Source: Squalus acanthias
Lineage: Eukaryota
NCBI GenBank assembly: GCA_030390025.1
Contig: CM059433.1
Location: forward strand, 25,298,001-25,362,000
Direction of reading: 5' to 3'
DNA length: 64,000 bases
Shown: positions 44,446-56,968 of the stretch, piece after piece
Numbering within the stretch: position 1 is the first letter of the stretch
Layout of the letters: the number at the start of each line of letters is the position of its first letter
Notes under the pieces: model-generated
What the model saw: only the letters and a program-made list of their open reading frames with translations
What the model was told of the DNA's origin: nothing
Database searches by the model: none
Program-made: the position numbers and the translations under genes

Positions 44446-45379
44446 GTTACATTTCATTTAATCAGTATATATCTTTGTAAAACACACTTCACCCTCCTAG
44501 CTCTAGCACTGGGCCATTTTCTGCCAACCAACATACTTCTGCCCTCCCAATAATGTCAACATTTCACTCGCCGCATATAAATTTAATTTCAAAAATGTAT
44601 TCCTAATCCTCTTTGCAAAAGAATCAAACAATAGAACATTGCCGTCATTACCTTCTTATGCCTGGTTAATCCTTTTATTATCTTCGTATTTCTTTCCTTA
44701 CCCTGAACAATATTAATAATCTCCTGCCTCAAAATCAGCAACAACCATTTGCTCCTGTATGCTTACAAAGTATTAGACCAACTCCTCCAAATCTAGCTTA
44801 AATGGACCACAATTACAGTTCTTATTTTTTATGCTAACAGCTCAGTAGCCGCTAAGATCCATAGAAAGAACGTACTGAGTAGTTCATAAACTGTAGTTAG
44901 CAATGCTTGGAGATACCCTTAACTAATAAAGAATAATATGGAATGTAGAGCTAGCCAAGGGTCTAAACATAACATTAATGGAGGCATTAACGCATTCAAA
45001 ATAAACAGATTAATTCTCCTATTAAAATATATCGCAGCTCTCCAAATGGTTTGGGAATATAATTCAGTGCAGCTATTCAGACCAGGAAAGTCAAAGGGGG
45101 CGATTTTCTCACTGGACGCGAGATGGAGGCAGGTTTCAGTTTGGGTGGCTTTGAAACCCGCCTCCACTGATAGTTTTCAAAAATTTGCGATTTTCCCCTG
45201 ATTGACCACTTGATTTCAGAGGTGTGGGATGCCCTTGGTCAATTAGTGTTTTGGGACTGAAACTCGCCTGTGCTGACATCACTTTTCCAGTCTGATTTAA
45301 TAGTTTCTTGCTACCTTGGCTCATTCCACAGCATTTCTGCCTATGCTGCTCCACCTACAACATATTCTGAGAAACCACT

Positions 45380-45600
45380 ATGTCCAATTCCAAGCCAAGG
45401 GCCTCCCCGAGGCTCTCGGATGAGGCGCTGCAAATGTTGTTTGAGGGGGTGACAGCTAGCATGGAGGTGCTCTTCCACTCATCTGGGAGGAAGAGGCCTG
45501 CCAAAGAAACCAAGGCTGTGTGGGTACAGCTGGCAAGGGATATAACCTCCAGATCTGTGTGCAGATTGGGAGAATGTTTCTGTGTATTGATGAAATGCCA
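45380..45600 (+). pseudogene. Harbinger Myb/SANT-like ORF fragment
   Basis: RASPRLSDEALQMLFEGV...VLF...WVQLARDITS. Confidence 0.7.
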
Positions 45601-45759
45601 TCCCTGTTGGAAAACATTAAAATGATTTGAAGCCAAAATGTTGGCGTTATGGCATCTGTTCTTTCGCCTTAGGCAGCTCCACATTGCGGGCACCGCCACA
45701 CTTGCATTGTCAGGTTGGTGGCCTGAGTGAAAGGAAGCCAGAGATTCATGTCCATTGTC

Positions 45760-47135
45760 AATGATGTCCTAGGATGGAGCCAAGGACTTGTGCCAACTTG
45801 GGCAACCTATGCAAATCTGGCCATGATAAGTTCATCCTTTGCATCCCGGGCAGCCATGTGCTTGCATGCTGCTGCTGCTGCTGGTCGATACACTGGCGCT
45901 CTGACCTCCTCCTGCTCCTCCGCCTCCTCCTACTCCTCCTCCTCCTCCTCCAGATCCTCCTCCTCCTTCTCAGCCTCCTCCTCCTCATCTGGGGAGGGCT
46001 GGAACTGAGCCGTTTGCTCATCAGGAAGCTGCAAGCCACGACACTGTGCGATGTTGTGCAGTGTACAGCAGGTCACGACCATTCTGGAGACCCTGTATGG
46101 TGTATACTGCAGGGCTCCACCTGATCAGTCAAGGCAACGGAAGCGCATCTTCAACAACCCAATGGTTTGCTCTATGATGGACCTGGTCGAAGTGTGGCTG
46201 GCATTGTAGCGCTCTTCAGCCGCGTTAGCTGGCCTCCTGATCGGTGTCATTAGCCACTTCTTCAGGGGGTAGCCTTTGTCACCAAGGAGCCATCCGTTAA
46301 GTTGGTTTGGTGGATTGAAAAGCGGAGGAACACTAGAGTGCCGCAGGATGGAAGAGTCATGGCAACTACCACAGAACTTGGCGCAAACATGCAAGAACTC
46401 CTTCTTGTGGTTACACACCAGCTGTACATTGAGGGAGTGGAAGCCCTTTCGTTGACAAAGATAGCTGGGTTGTGATGGGGTGCCCTAAGGGCCACATGTG
46501 TGCAGCCTATGACACCCTGCACCATTGGCATGCCTGCCATTTTTGCAAAGCCAACCGAACGGGCGGTTATACTTGCTTGATCCCTTGTGAACTGGATGTA
46601 ATTGTGGGCCTTAGCAAAAACGGCATCGGTAACCTGCGTGATGCAACTGTAGGCGGCCGACTGGGAGATACCACTGATGTCTGCTGATGATCCCTGGAAG
46701 GAGCCTGCGGCAAAGAAGTTGAGTGCGGTGGTGACTTTGACAGCCACTGGTAAGGGGTGTCCACCCGTTCCTCTGGGCACCAGGTCTTGCTGCAGCAAGC
46801 CACAGATCTCTCGGACAACCTCTCGCGAAAGTCTCAGCCTCCTTTGGCACTGCTGCTCTCTCATGTTGAGGTAGCTCATCCTTTGTCTGTAAACCCTCTG
46901 TCGGGGGTATCTCCTGCGGCGAGGTGCCTCGATGCGCTGGTGCCGTCTGCCCTGTGCAGCATCAGGTGGCTGAGAAGGAGGTTGGGGCTCCTGCTGATGT
47001 TGCTGCTGAGCTGCCTGAGCAGGAGGTTGGGGCTCCTGCTGATGTTGCTCCTGAGCTGCCTGGTTCTGCTGCTGCTTGGATGGTTCTCATCCTCATCTGA
47101 GGTCCATGCAGAAAGAAAACAAATGGTACCCATGC
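45760..47135 (-). pseudogene. Decayed PIF/Harbinger transposase
   Basis: QCQRRLRLSR...LPVAVKVTTALNFFAAGSFQ...GSCHDS...LLGDKGYP...[16 protein letters not shown], with frameshifts. Confidence 0.92.
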
Positions 47136-47539
47136 TGCTTGCAGATGCCTCCTTTGGGGAAGCGCTCATTGCAAGCGGGGAGAGGGTCTTCCAAGGAGGT
47201 CCCACCGTTGATAGATTCAAGCTGCAGCACCTCTGACTTCGGAAGGCCTTCTAAAAGTACTCAGAGACCTTTTAAGGCAAAGGTCTGGCACCTGCAAGTA
47301 ATCCTTGATGTAATAAACTATGTCTTGTTGGACCTGCAGCTGTGAGGAGACCACCTACGAGTCAACCCACCAGGTTTACCTGACGTGGTTCAGGAGGTGC
47401 GTGGAGCACGCCGAAATGCTCGAAAAATCACGAGGGCCTCTCAAAATAGGCTTAGAGAGGCCCTTAACGAGCATTTAATGATCATAAGTATCGCTGTGGC
47501 CAGCTGGAGGCGGGACCGTTTCCCGACCTCTCCTAATAG

Positions 47540-47935
47540 AGATCATAGGTTCAGGATAACATACCATGTAGTTCTCTGAGGAGCAGTGCAAAAGGAGGCT
47601 GCGCATCGCTCGGGAGGCTGTCACAGAGTTGTGCTGCCTCCTGCAACAAGACCTGCAACCAACTGCCACAGCTAACACAGCATTGCCTGTTGCTTCAAGG
47701 TCACTGCAGACCTCAACTTCTTTGCCTCTGGCTCGTTCCAGGCTGCCACAGGAGATAGCAGCAACATCAGTCAGTCTGCAGTCCATGCTTGCATTGGGCT
47801 GGTGACTGATGCCTTGGCATTGATCACATTTTGCCATGGACATTCAGAAGAAGAAGGATAGGGTTCTGATGTTTGCACAGGTTGCTGGGTTACATCAAGT
47901 CCATAGCATCATTGACTGCATCCACATGCCTTCAG
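47540..47935 (+). pseudogene. Older Harbinger transposase fragment
   Basis: EEQCKRRLRI.REAVTELC.LLQQDLQP...ALPVA...LNFFASGSFQ. Confidence 0.75.
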
Positions 47936-49488
47936 CCTGGCCAACTCCGATGCTGCCAATAATGCCGATGGTGGCCTCTTCCAATGGTCAGCGTCTGTAG
48001 TGTGGCAGGATCTCCTCCTGTGCTGGAACTCTCCATGCTGTTGTGTGTCAACTTCCCCTGCAGGAAGAGAGGAAGTGGATTAATATGTGCCTGCTTAAGG
48101 ATTTTCAAGATGTATGCAGCAGCTTTGCATAGTGTGCATGATGATAAGAAGGAGCGGCAGGGATGGCCACAAAGGAGACGCACTTGTGAGGGCAGTAGCA
48201 GGTTTGATAAGTGCTTGATAATGATAGTGCTTAGGCTAAAGTAGGGTTGTGCAGGTCTGTGCATAGTGTATGAGAGATGGGAAGGTGAGTCTGACCTTGG
48301 CAGTCCTGGTCAGACCATTACATTTTTTCTGCATTATATACAGGTGCTGGGGCAATGCTGGACACATTTACATTTTCTGCCCTCTCTCTCCACATGCCTT
48401 GACTGATTTGTCTTGTCACCCATGGCCCATCCGTTGGGAACATAATCTGTTTCCTGCTGGTTATTTGTTTAGTCAGCAATCCAGTACTGCATTGAAGAAC
48501 TTTGGGGCCCTGTTACAAGTCATTTTGCCTGTTGCTGCACAATCTTGCTTGGTTCTGTCCCCCACGCTTTAAGGAACTGCTGCAGGCCTTTAAGAAGCAG
48601 CTACACTGCTGGATTTCCCAGCCTCTTAATTGTCAGGCTGCCAATTGGAAGTGTGTTTTGTGCTGGCAGCTCATGGATCTAATTCAAATCAGGGCTGACA
48701 ATGAAAATTGCACAGGGTGCAGGCGATTCCTCCAGGTGACTGCCCCCCTCCCCCGATCCACATGAACATCATCCCCTTGACGTTTACAATGGTGCTACTG
48801 CAGTCTAAATACCATTGCCATTCATCCATCGCTGCAATAAGGCAATTTTATTGAAGTAATGACTTGAAGTAAAACTATTACAGGCTTCACTGATTAAGGA
48901 TACACCCTCAGAACTGCACTGAAGTATCAGCCTGAAATTTTGGGGCCAAATACTGGAGTGGGCCTGAAACCACAACCTTCCAATGTAGAGGCAAAGGTGC
49001 TACCAACTGAGCCCACTTTACGAAACGTGCTTAAGATGTAAACAACTTTGATTGTTCTTCCTTCCTCAAAACCTCATATTTCTAGTTATATAAAGGATTT
49101 TTTTGTTGTACCTCCCATGGTGGTTTTGTAGTATTGCCTTAACTTTCATTTCTTCATTTATTTTGAACAGGTTATTGTTCCCATAGTCTGGGCCTGACTG
49201 ACTGACTGACTGACTGATGGACTGCCTGGCTGCAATGTCCAAGGACTTTAGTAAAGTTCTGCGTAAACATCCCCGTCTGACCATGGCAAAAACATCATTG
49301 CCCCCACCCCCCACCCAACAACACAAAAAACCCTCATCCCAAATGTCACCATTAACTCAGACTTTTTACCCAATGATTGAATCATATAAAAAGCTAAAAA
49401 AAAACTTTTTACTTTTCTGCAACTCCCATCTCATTGTTGCTATTTGTAAATTTTCTGCACTTTTCCTCACAGCTGGTGCGGGATGAAG

Positions 49489-49508
49489 ACTACAACTCCC
49501 ATAATGCA
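49489..49508 (+). promoter_or_regulatory. ZNF143/THAP11-type ACTACA motif
   Basis: ACTACAACTCCCATAATGCA matches the vertebrate promoter consensus ACTACAnnTCCCAnnATGCA. Confidence 0.45.
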
Positions 49509-49867
49509 TCTCCTACACAGACACACAGGAGCTAGAATCCCCGGGCCTTGCTGTCTCTCAGTCATTGGGCCTGTCTTTCTCTGGTGAACTTTGCCATTTG
49601 TTGTTCCACAGGATCAGATTAAAAACTACGGGGTAGAATTCCACCATAACTTCTGCTATTTGCGCCGTTTCTCAGGAGTTTCCACCACAGTTACGGGAGA
49701 TGATCACAAGAGAACCCACGTGGAAATTACTGGCGTACATTTCCCACACTGCAACTTCCTCACACGCATGTGTACACATACAGTGCACACACACACACAC
49801 AAAATACGCACACAACATAACACACAACACACACATACACACCACAATACAAATACACACACAACAC

Positions 49868-50262
49868 ATGGTAGCATAATGGTTATGTTACTGGACTGGT
49901 AATCCAAGAGATGTGAAGTTCAAATCCCAGCCACGGCAGCTGGGGAATTTAAATTCAGTTAACTAAATAAATCTGGAATAAAAAGCTAGTATCAGTAATG
50001 GTGACCATGAAACTACTGGATTGTTGTAAAAACCCATCTGGTTCACTAATATACTTCAGGGAAGGAAATCTGCTGTCCTTACCTGGTCTGGCCTATATGT
50101 GACTCCAGACCTACAGCGATGTGGATGACTCTTAACTGCCCTCTGAAATGGCCTAGCAAGCCACTCAGTTGTCTCACCACCAGCTTCTCCAGGGCAATTA
50201 GGGATGGGTTATAAATGTTGGCCTTGCCAGTGACGCCCACATCCCATGAATGAATTTTTAAA
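49868..50262 (+). mobile_element. tRNA-derived SINE with CR1-clade 3' tail
   Basis: A/B-box-like head (TAGCATAATGGT...GTTCAAATCCC). Tail GGGCAATTAGGGATGGG shared with the LINE at 1745-2740. Confidence 0.75.
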
Positions 50263-51017
50263 AACACGCACACATAGGGACACATTTAGAATGATGTGGT
50301 TTTAACTTTGATGGTTTTTTCTAGCTATGTACTCTAATGTAGGTGAAAAATAAAAGTAGTGGATGAAAATTGTGCACCTCTCACTGTAGGTGAGGTAAAC
50401 ATATCTTAGGGGCGACACATTCCCACAGAGAGTCAGAGACATGTTCAGTGGCAACGAAAATAATTAAAAAAACACACTCCAAAGACTCTTTCTCAGCTGC
50501 AGTAGTGCTTGCTGAAAGTGTCTGCATTCTTCAGGCTCAAATGTTCTTCACTTCTGCAACTCATACGGCTGAAAAATCATTCTAAGTACTCTGGTGTACT
50601 GAGAGCATAACTGTTGGAACTTCAGTGCACCAATGCCACTGGCCTTGATTTAAATATATTTAAGGTTGTTCTATGGGGACTTGGGGCCGATTGTGGGAAG
50701 GCCCAAAACACAATCGTGAGCCTGGGCATTTGAATTTGGGGTCTAGTAAAGTGCCCTGCCCTGATTTCCGGCCCCACAGATGGCAAAAAGCAACAAAAAG
50801 TTTCAAGGCCAATACTTCCTTCTTGGCTTTACATACTTTCAAGGCTCAAAAAGAATCTTTGACAATGAAGATACGTCAACAATGTTACAACAGAGACATG
50901 AAGCACTACTATCTGTATCAAAGCTTTTATTCTTATTGAATAGCTATGGTATGAGAGGTTTGAATTGCTGATGAAAAGGTATTATTGCTATGGCTTAACA
51001 AAAGGCAGTAACAGACT

Positions 51018-51875
51018 TCGGGAGGACATAGACAGCCTGGTAGAATGGGCAGACACACGGCAGATGAAATTTAACGTGAGTGTGAAGTGATGCATTTTGG
51101 TGGGAAGAATGAGGAGAGGCAATATACATTAAATGGTCCTAATTTAAAGGGAGTGCAGGAACACAGAGAGCTGCAGGTGTACATACACAAATCTTTGAAG
51201 GTTGCAGGATAAGTTGAGAAGGCTGTTAAAAACGCATACGGGATCCTTGGCTTTATAAACAGAGGCATAGAGTACAAAAGCAAGGAAGTTATGTTAAACC
51301 TTTATAATTCACTAGTTAAACTCCAGCTGGAGTATTGTGTCCAATTCTGGGCACCACACTTTAGGAAGAATGCCAAGGCCTTATATGGATGCAGAGGAGA
51401 TTTACTAGAATAGTACCAGGGATGAGGGACTTCAGTTATGTAGAGAGCCTGGAGAAGCTGGGTTTGTTCTCCTTAGAACAGATAAGGTTAAGAGAAGATT
51501 TAATTGAGGTGTTCAAAATCATGAATGGTTTTGATAGAGTAAATAATGAGAAACTGTTTCCAGTGGCAGAAGGGCCAGTAACCAGAGGACACAGATTGAA
51601 GGTGATTAGCAAAAGAACCAGAGGTGACATGAGGAAAACATTTTTTTACACAGCGAGTTGTGATCTGGAATGCCCTGCCTGAAAGGGTGGTGGAAACAGA
51701 TTCAATAGTAGCATTCAAAAGAGAATTGGATAATTACTTGAAGGGTAAAAAAACACAGGGCTATGGGGAAAGAGCAGGGGAGTGTGATTAATAATTGGAT
51801 AGCTCTACCAAACAGCCGGCACAGACACGATGGGCCAAATGGCCTCCTGCTGTGCTGTATCATTCTATGATTCTA
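51018..51875 (+). mobile_element. 5'-truncated CR1 LINE
   Basis: QLEYCVQFWAPHF...QRRFTRIVPG; tail ATTCTATGATTCTA. Confidence 0.9.
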
Positions 51876-52539
51876 AGTGAACACTTTTGAAATGCCAGCT
51901 GTTCATGTAGAGAGTTTGCATGTATGCTGAAGCTAAACAAGAAACAGTCAGTGAGATTGAATCTGGAAATAAAGCAAGTGAACAGTCATTAAAGCTAGCT
52001 GTGGACCTGCTGGTGTTCTTAGAATTCTGCATTGTGTAATACTATTCTTGGCATCAAGTACTATGGGTGGGGTACTTTAACAACCAGGAGAAAAACACTT
52101 TTGGCTTATAATTAGTGGAGCTAGTTAAAGCTAGGATACCACAGCACAGATGACAGGTGAGAAGCACCAGCAGTTAGTTCAATTGTTGAACAATTTGATC
52201 AATGATGGAAATCCATAACTGCCAACAAAATAGCTCTTAGCCATTTAGGAGTATATTTAATCTCCAGGTAAGTTTAACTGAGAAACAGATATGAGTAAAC
52301 CGGTGAGAAAACTATTGGAAAGTGTTTTCACTGCAGATTACATCTTTGTTTCTATGCTGAAATGAGATAACAAAAATAAACCAAGCAACTGTTTTTCTTA
52401 CTAAGGATTCTTAAAGTCTTGCTAAAGGATCATTTTACAGGGTTAAAGGGTTAGAACCTTTCACAGTCACTCAACTCAGTCTAACCACGCTCTATAGTCA
52501 CATCAAGACCTACGAGTTATAATGCAAAGGTAAACATGC

Positions 52540-53490
52540 AACACCTTCACCAAAGCATACGAGAGCATGGGCCTTACACTAAACATCCGTAAGACAAAGG
52601 TCCTCTACCAACCTGCCCCCGCCACACAGTACTGCCCCCCCGATTATCAAAATGCACGACGAGGCTTTGGACAACGTGGACCACTTTTCATACCTCAGGA
52701 GCCTACTGTCAACAAGGGCAGATGTCGATGACGAAGTCCTACACCGCCTTCACTGTGCCAGTGCAGCCTTCAGTCGCCTGAGGAAGAGAGAGTTTGAAGA
52801 CCAGGACCTCAAACCCAGCACCAAGCTCATGGTCTACAGAGCAGTAGTGATATCCGCCCTCCTGTATGCTTCAGAGACATGGACCATGTACAGCAGGCAC
52901 CTCAAAGCACTGGAGAGGTACCACCAACGCTGCCTCCGCAAGATCCTGCAAATCCATTGGCAGCATAGGCGCACCAATGTCAGTGTTCTCCCTTAGGCCA
53001 ACATCCTCAGCATCGAAGCTTTGACCACGCTCGATCAGCTCCGATGGACGGGCCACATCGTCCGCATGCCCGATACGAGACTCCCAAAACAAGCGCTCTA
53101 CTCGGAGCTCCGACACGGCAAGAGAGCCCCAGGTGGGCAGAGGAAATGCTTTAAGGACACCCTCAAAGCCTCCTTGAAAAAGTGCAACATCCCCACCGAC
53201 ACCTGGGAATCCCTGGCCTAAGACTGCACAAAGTGGAGGAGAAGCATCCGGGAAGGCGCCGAACACCTTGAGTCTCTTCGCCGGGAGCAAGCGGAAGCCA
53301 AGCGCAATCAGTGGAAGGAGTGTACATCAACCCAAGCATCCCACCCACCGACCCCTTCAACCACCGTCTGCCCCACCTGTGACAGAGACTGTAGGTCCCA
53401 CATTGGACTCATCAGTCACCTGAGCACGCATTTTTAGTGTGGAAGCAAGTCATCCTCAGTTCCAAGGGACTGCCGAAGAAGGAGAAGAAG
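52540..53490 (+). mobile_element. RTE-clade LINE 3' fragment
   Basis: VDHFSYL...LLYASETWT...QLRWTGHIVRMPDTRLPKQALYSEL; GAA-repeat tail. Confidence 0.92.
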
Positions 53491-53506
53491 GAATTGGAGA
53501 TTGTCA

Positions 53507-54234
53507 GGGCTGGATTTTCATTGACCCGTGGAGGTGGGTTTGGAGGCGTGTGGGGGGTTAAAATTGTGAAAACTGGCGGGCGGGCACAAGTCCGCCTCCA
53601 TCCTGCCTCCACGCAATTTTCATTAAATCGTGTCTGCTGGTCCCGACTCCATCCCGCCTTTAAGAGGCGGGATAGGCTGTTAAGGCCCTTAACAAGCACT
53701 AAATTGGCTCTATAATGCCATTTTGAAAGGCCTTTGTGATTTTAACCCTTGATCTACATGAAGCACGCCTGTTCTGAACCACGATTGTGAAACCTGGCGG
53801 GAGCACATTTGGATAGCTGACTATCAGCTGCAGGTCCACTATTACAACGGAGATGTGATGAAGGTAGTAATAGTATTAGGTCTGAAAGTCGCCTCTGATG
53901 CTGCTGCATTGAAGGTCTTCAGAGACTGCCTGGATGCAAAAAAAAATTCTCTCTCTCTCTCTCTCAGATAGAGCTGCTGCTCATTTTGCATCCAGGTCCT
54001 CTCACAGCAAAGGCCAGGCAGTCTCTGACCTGCAATGCTGCAGCAATGATGACATCATCAGAGGCGACTTTCAGACTGAAACCACTAATTGGTTCATGGG
54101 TTCCCACATGCTGGAACTCAATTGCCCAATTAGGTGAAAATTGCATCAATCTCCCACATCCAATTGCAGTCGGGTGGATAACACGAAATGCGGATGACAC
54201 GACCCCAACCTGCCCCAGTATCAAAATCCAGCCC
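53507..54234. mobile_element. PIF/Harbinger-type MITE
   Basis: TIRs GGGCTGGATTTT / AAAATCCAGCCC with a perfect TSD TCA. Confidence 0.92.
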
Positions 54235-55139
54235 TCAGTATCATCCAATTAAATCATTTGTAAGGCAGGAGTGGATGCTGTTAGAACCAATCAGATGTTA
54301 CATTCACCTGCTGTTGCTTGAGCACAATAGTGAATTCGAAAAATTGAAAGTGAACTATTCGTTCCTGGAAGCTGCAGTTACAGGCGGTTGTTTTCGTGTT
54401 TGTCACCAGATAAGTCAAATAATGTAGATAAGCTGATAAAATACAGGTCTTAAAAACTCCTCATGGCAGATTTTCCTGTTCCTATGCATGGGCGTATTAG
54501 ATCACCTGGGCACCGTGGACACAGGAAAATTGGGCAGGGCGATCACACGCCCATTATAAAGACCACCTGACTTTCTGCCCATTCCTTACAGGCGTGTGCT
54601 CCTCCCTGCCCAATTTTCCACTGTGCCCAGAAAGTTCAAAGCACCCAGGTTTAAGAACAGGAAAATGTGCCCCATCACTTTTCTCAAAGGAACTTTCTGG
54701 AGCATGGACACCTTTGTTTTTTGGGAAAAGTGTTTTTTCAAGGCTGGTACCTGCTTCTTTAAGATAAAGCAGATAGTTCCTGACATGGATGTATTAACTG
54801 GTTATATTTCAGCATTTCTGTAATTGCCGTGGTTTCTAAATAAAATGAGGAGTGGGATGGAAAGTGCTGCAATTTAATTAATTTTAATAAAACACAGATT
54901 TACACTCAGAGTTTACAGTAAGCTTCAAAATGCTGGAAAATGCACCAAATCGTTGTCAAATTCTTGAGTGGGGTGATGACCTCAAACAACCCCTGCCCCT
55001 AGAAAATAAACCTCATGCTTTAAGAATTCACATACCCTTCAACAACTTCAAATCCACCACTGCTGTAAACTATGTTTTCGTTTGTTCCAATAAAATTGAT
55101 CAAATTTATAAGGGTACACCTGCAACTTAAGTACAACAA

Positions 55140-55315
55140 GCTCACGTCCTGCTGCACAGACTCTCCTTTTCTCGCAGTTGGTGGCAGAGCCTTCAGCCAC
55201 CTGAGTCTCATTCTCTGGAACTGCCTCCCTAACCTTCTCCAATTCCCCGTCTCTCACCCCACCTTTAAAAGCCTTCTCAAAACCCATCTCTTCAACCACA
55301 CTTTTGGTTATCCCT
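55140..55315 (+). mobile_element. L2 LINE 3'-end fragment
   Basis: GGRAFSH...LWNCLP...FKSLLKTHLF. Confidence 0.7.
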
Positions 55316-55494
55316 CCCAAGCTCTCATTTCCTCGCACCTATATGTGCAGTTTCTTTAGCATAAAGGAACTATAAAAATGCCAGTTTGTAGTACTCTTTG
55401 TCCAAATATATAAAAGGGCTATCACATCCTTGGGGTGGTGTCAGCTCTCTTAAAACTGTTGGCCAGTTTTTGCGAGTTTCCCGCGTTAGCATGT

Positions 55495-56968
55495 TTCTTC
55501 TTCTTAGGCACCTTCTTCTTGGCCCGCAGTGGGGTAGGGCCTTGGGTGCTTGGACCGTAGGTGGTCTTGACTGCGCTATAGAATCCACGCACGTCGTGGT
55601 TGTCGGCTAGCTGCTGGATCTCCTGCGCTTTCTCCACCCACCATCTGTTCTTTAGGTGGCGAGTTTTTTGTTGGACCTCGGCCTTCAGGAGTCTGTAGAG
55701 CTGCTTTCTTGCTCTCGAGTTCTGTTGCTGTTTCCAGATCAGGAATGCCTTGCGCTTGCGGCTTATTAGATCCTGGATCTCCTGGTCATTCTTGTCGAAC
55801 CAGTCTTGGTGTTTCCTGGTCGAGTGACCGAGCGTCTCTTCACAGGTGCTGATTATGGAGGCCTTGAGTGCAGACCAGGAGCTGTGGGCACTCTGTGTCT
55901 CTGAATCACTGGGAGTTGTCAGGTTGGTTGTGAGGCGCAGGCTGAATAGGGCTTTCTTAGTAGGGTCTTTGAGTGCTCCAGCGTTGATTTTCCTGCGGCA
56001 TTGCTTCTGTTGTCACCGCTGTTTTGGGGCTACGTTGATGGAGATGACAGAGCGGATTAGGCGGTGGTCTGTCCAGCAGTCGTCAGCTCCTGTCATGGCG
56101 TGGGTGATGTGGACGTCCTTGCGGTCCCTCGCTCAGACGATGACGTAGTCCAGCAGATGCCAGTGCTTGGAACGAGGGTGTTGCCATGAAGCCTTGTACT
56201 TGTCCCTCTGACGGAAGAAGGTGTTGGTTATGACAAGGCCATATTCTAAGCATTTCATCAGGAGGAGGGTACCGTTGGAGTTGGCTTTCCCTACCCCCTC
56301 TCTGCCGATCACAACTCCCCAGAGGTCGGTGTCCTTTCCAACTCTGGCATTAAAGTCGCCAAGGAGGACCAGCTTGTCGCCCGTTGGGACTCAGGACAGG
56401 GATTGTTCGAGGCTGGAGTAGAATTCCTCTTTGGTCTTGTCTGTGGCTTCCAGTGTTGGGGCGTACGTACTGATGACCGTAGCGCACTGGTTCCGGGCTA
56501 GGGTGAGCCGTAGAGTCATGAGGCGCTCGTTTATTCCACAAGGGGAGTCTCTGAGACGTTCAACTAGCTCATTTTTTATGGCGAAGCCTACCCCATGGAG
56601 GCGGCGTTCTTCTTCAGGTTTACCTTTCCAGAAGAAGGTGTAACCACCGCTTTGCTCCTTGAGCTGGCCTTCCCCTGCCCGCTGGGTCTCACTTAGGGCG
56701 GCGATGTCTATGTCGAAACGTCTGAGCTCCCGGGCAACAATAGCAGTACGGTGTTCCGGTCTGTCGCTGTTGGGGTTGTCCATGAGGGTCCTGACGTTCC
56801 AGGTCCCGAACTTCATTTTAAAGGGTGGAAGATGCCTGTGCATGAATTCTTTTAACGTGGGGTGGCCGTTGCACACCAGCTACCAGACGGGCTTGACAGA
56901 GCAAGGTCTTGGTCCAATGGCAAGGGGATCCAAGACGATTGGAGACCAGGCTCTGCTACATCGGCCTA
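55495..56968 (-). mobile_element. RTE-clade LINE 5' part (APE endonuclease) joined to an RTE-type tail
   Basis: MKFGTWNVRTL...IAALSET...GVGFAI...YAPT...GDFNARVG. Ends TGCCTAAGAAGAAGAA. Confidence 0.9.

Noticed and set aside
39070..47135. Domesticated host HARBI1 or NAIF1 genes
   Set aside because: Multiple divergent, frameshifted copies with nearby TIR-like ends indicate transposon remnants.
49765..49868. Cys/Val-rich ORFs
   Set aside because: Translation of a degenerate (CA)n microsatellite.
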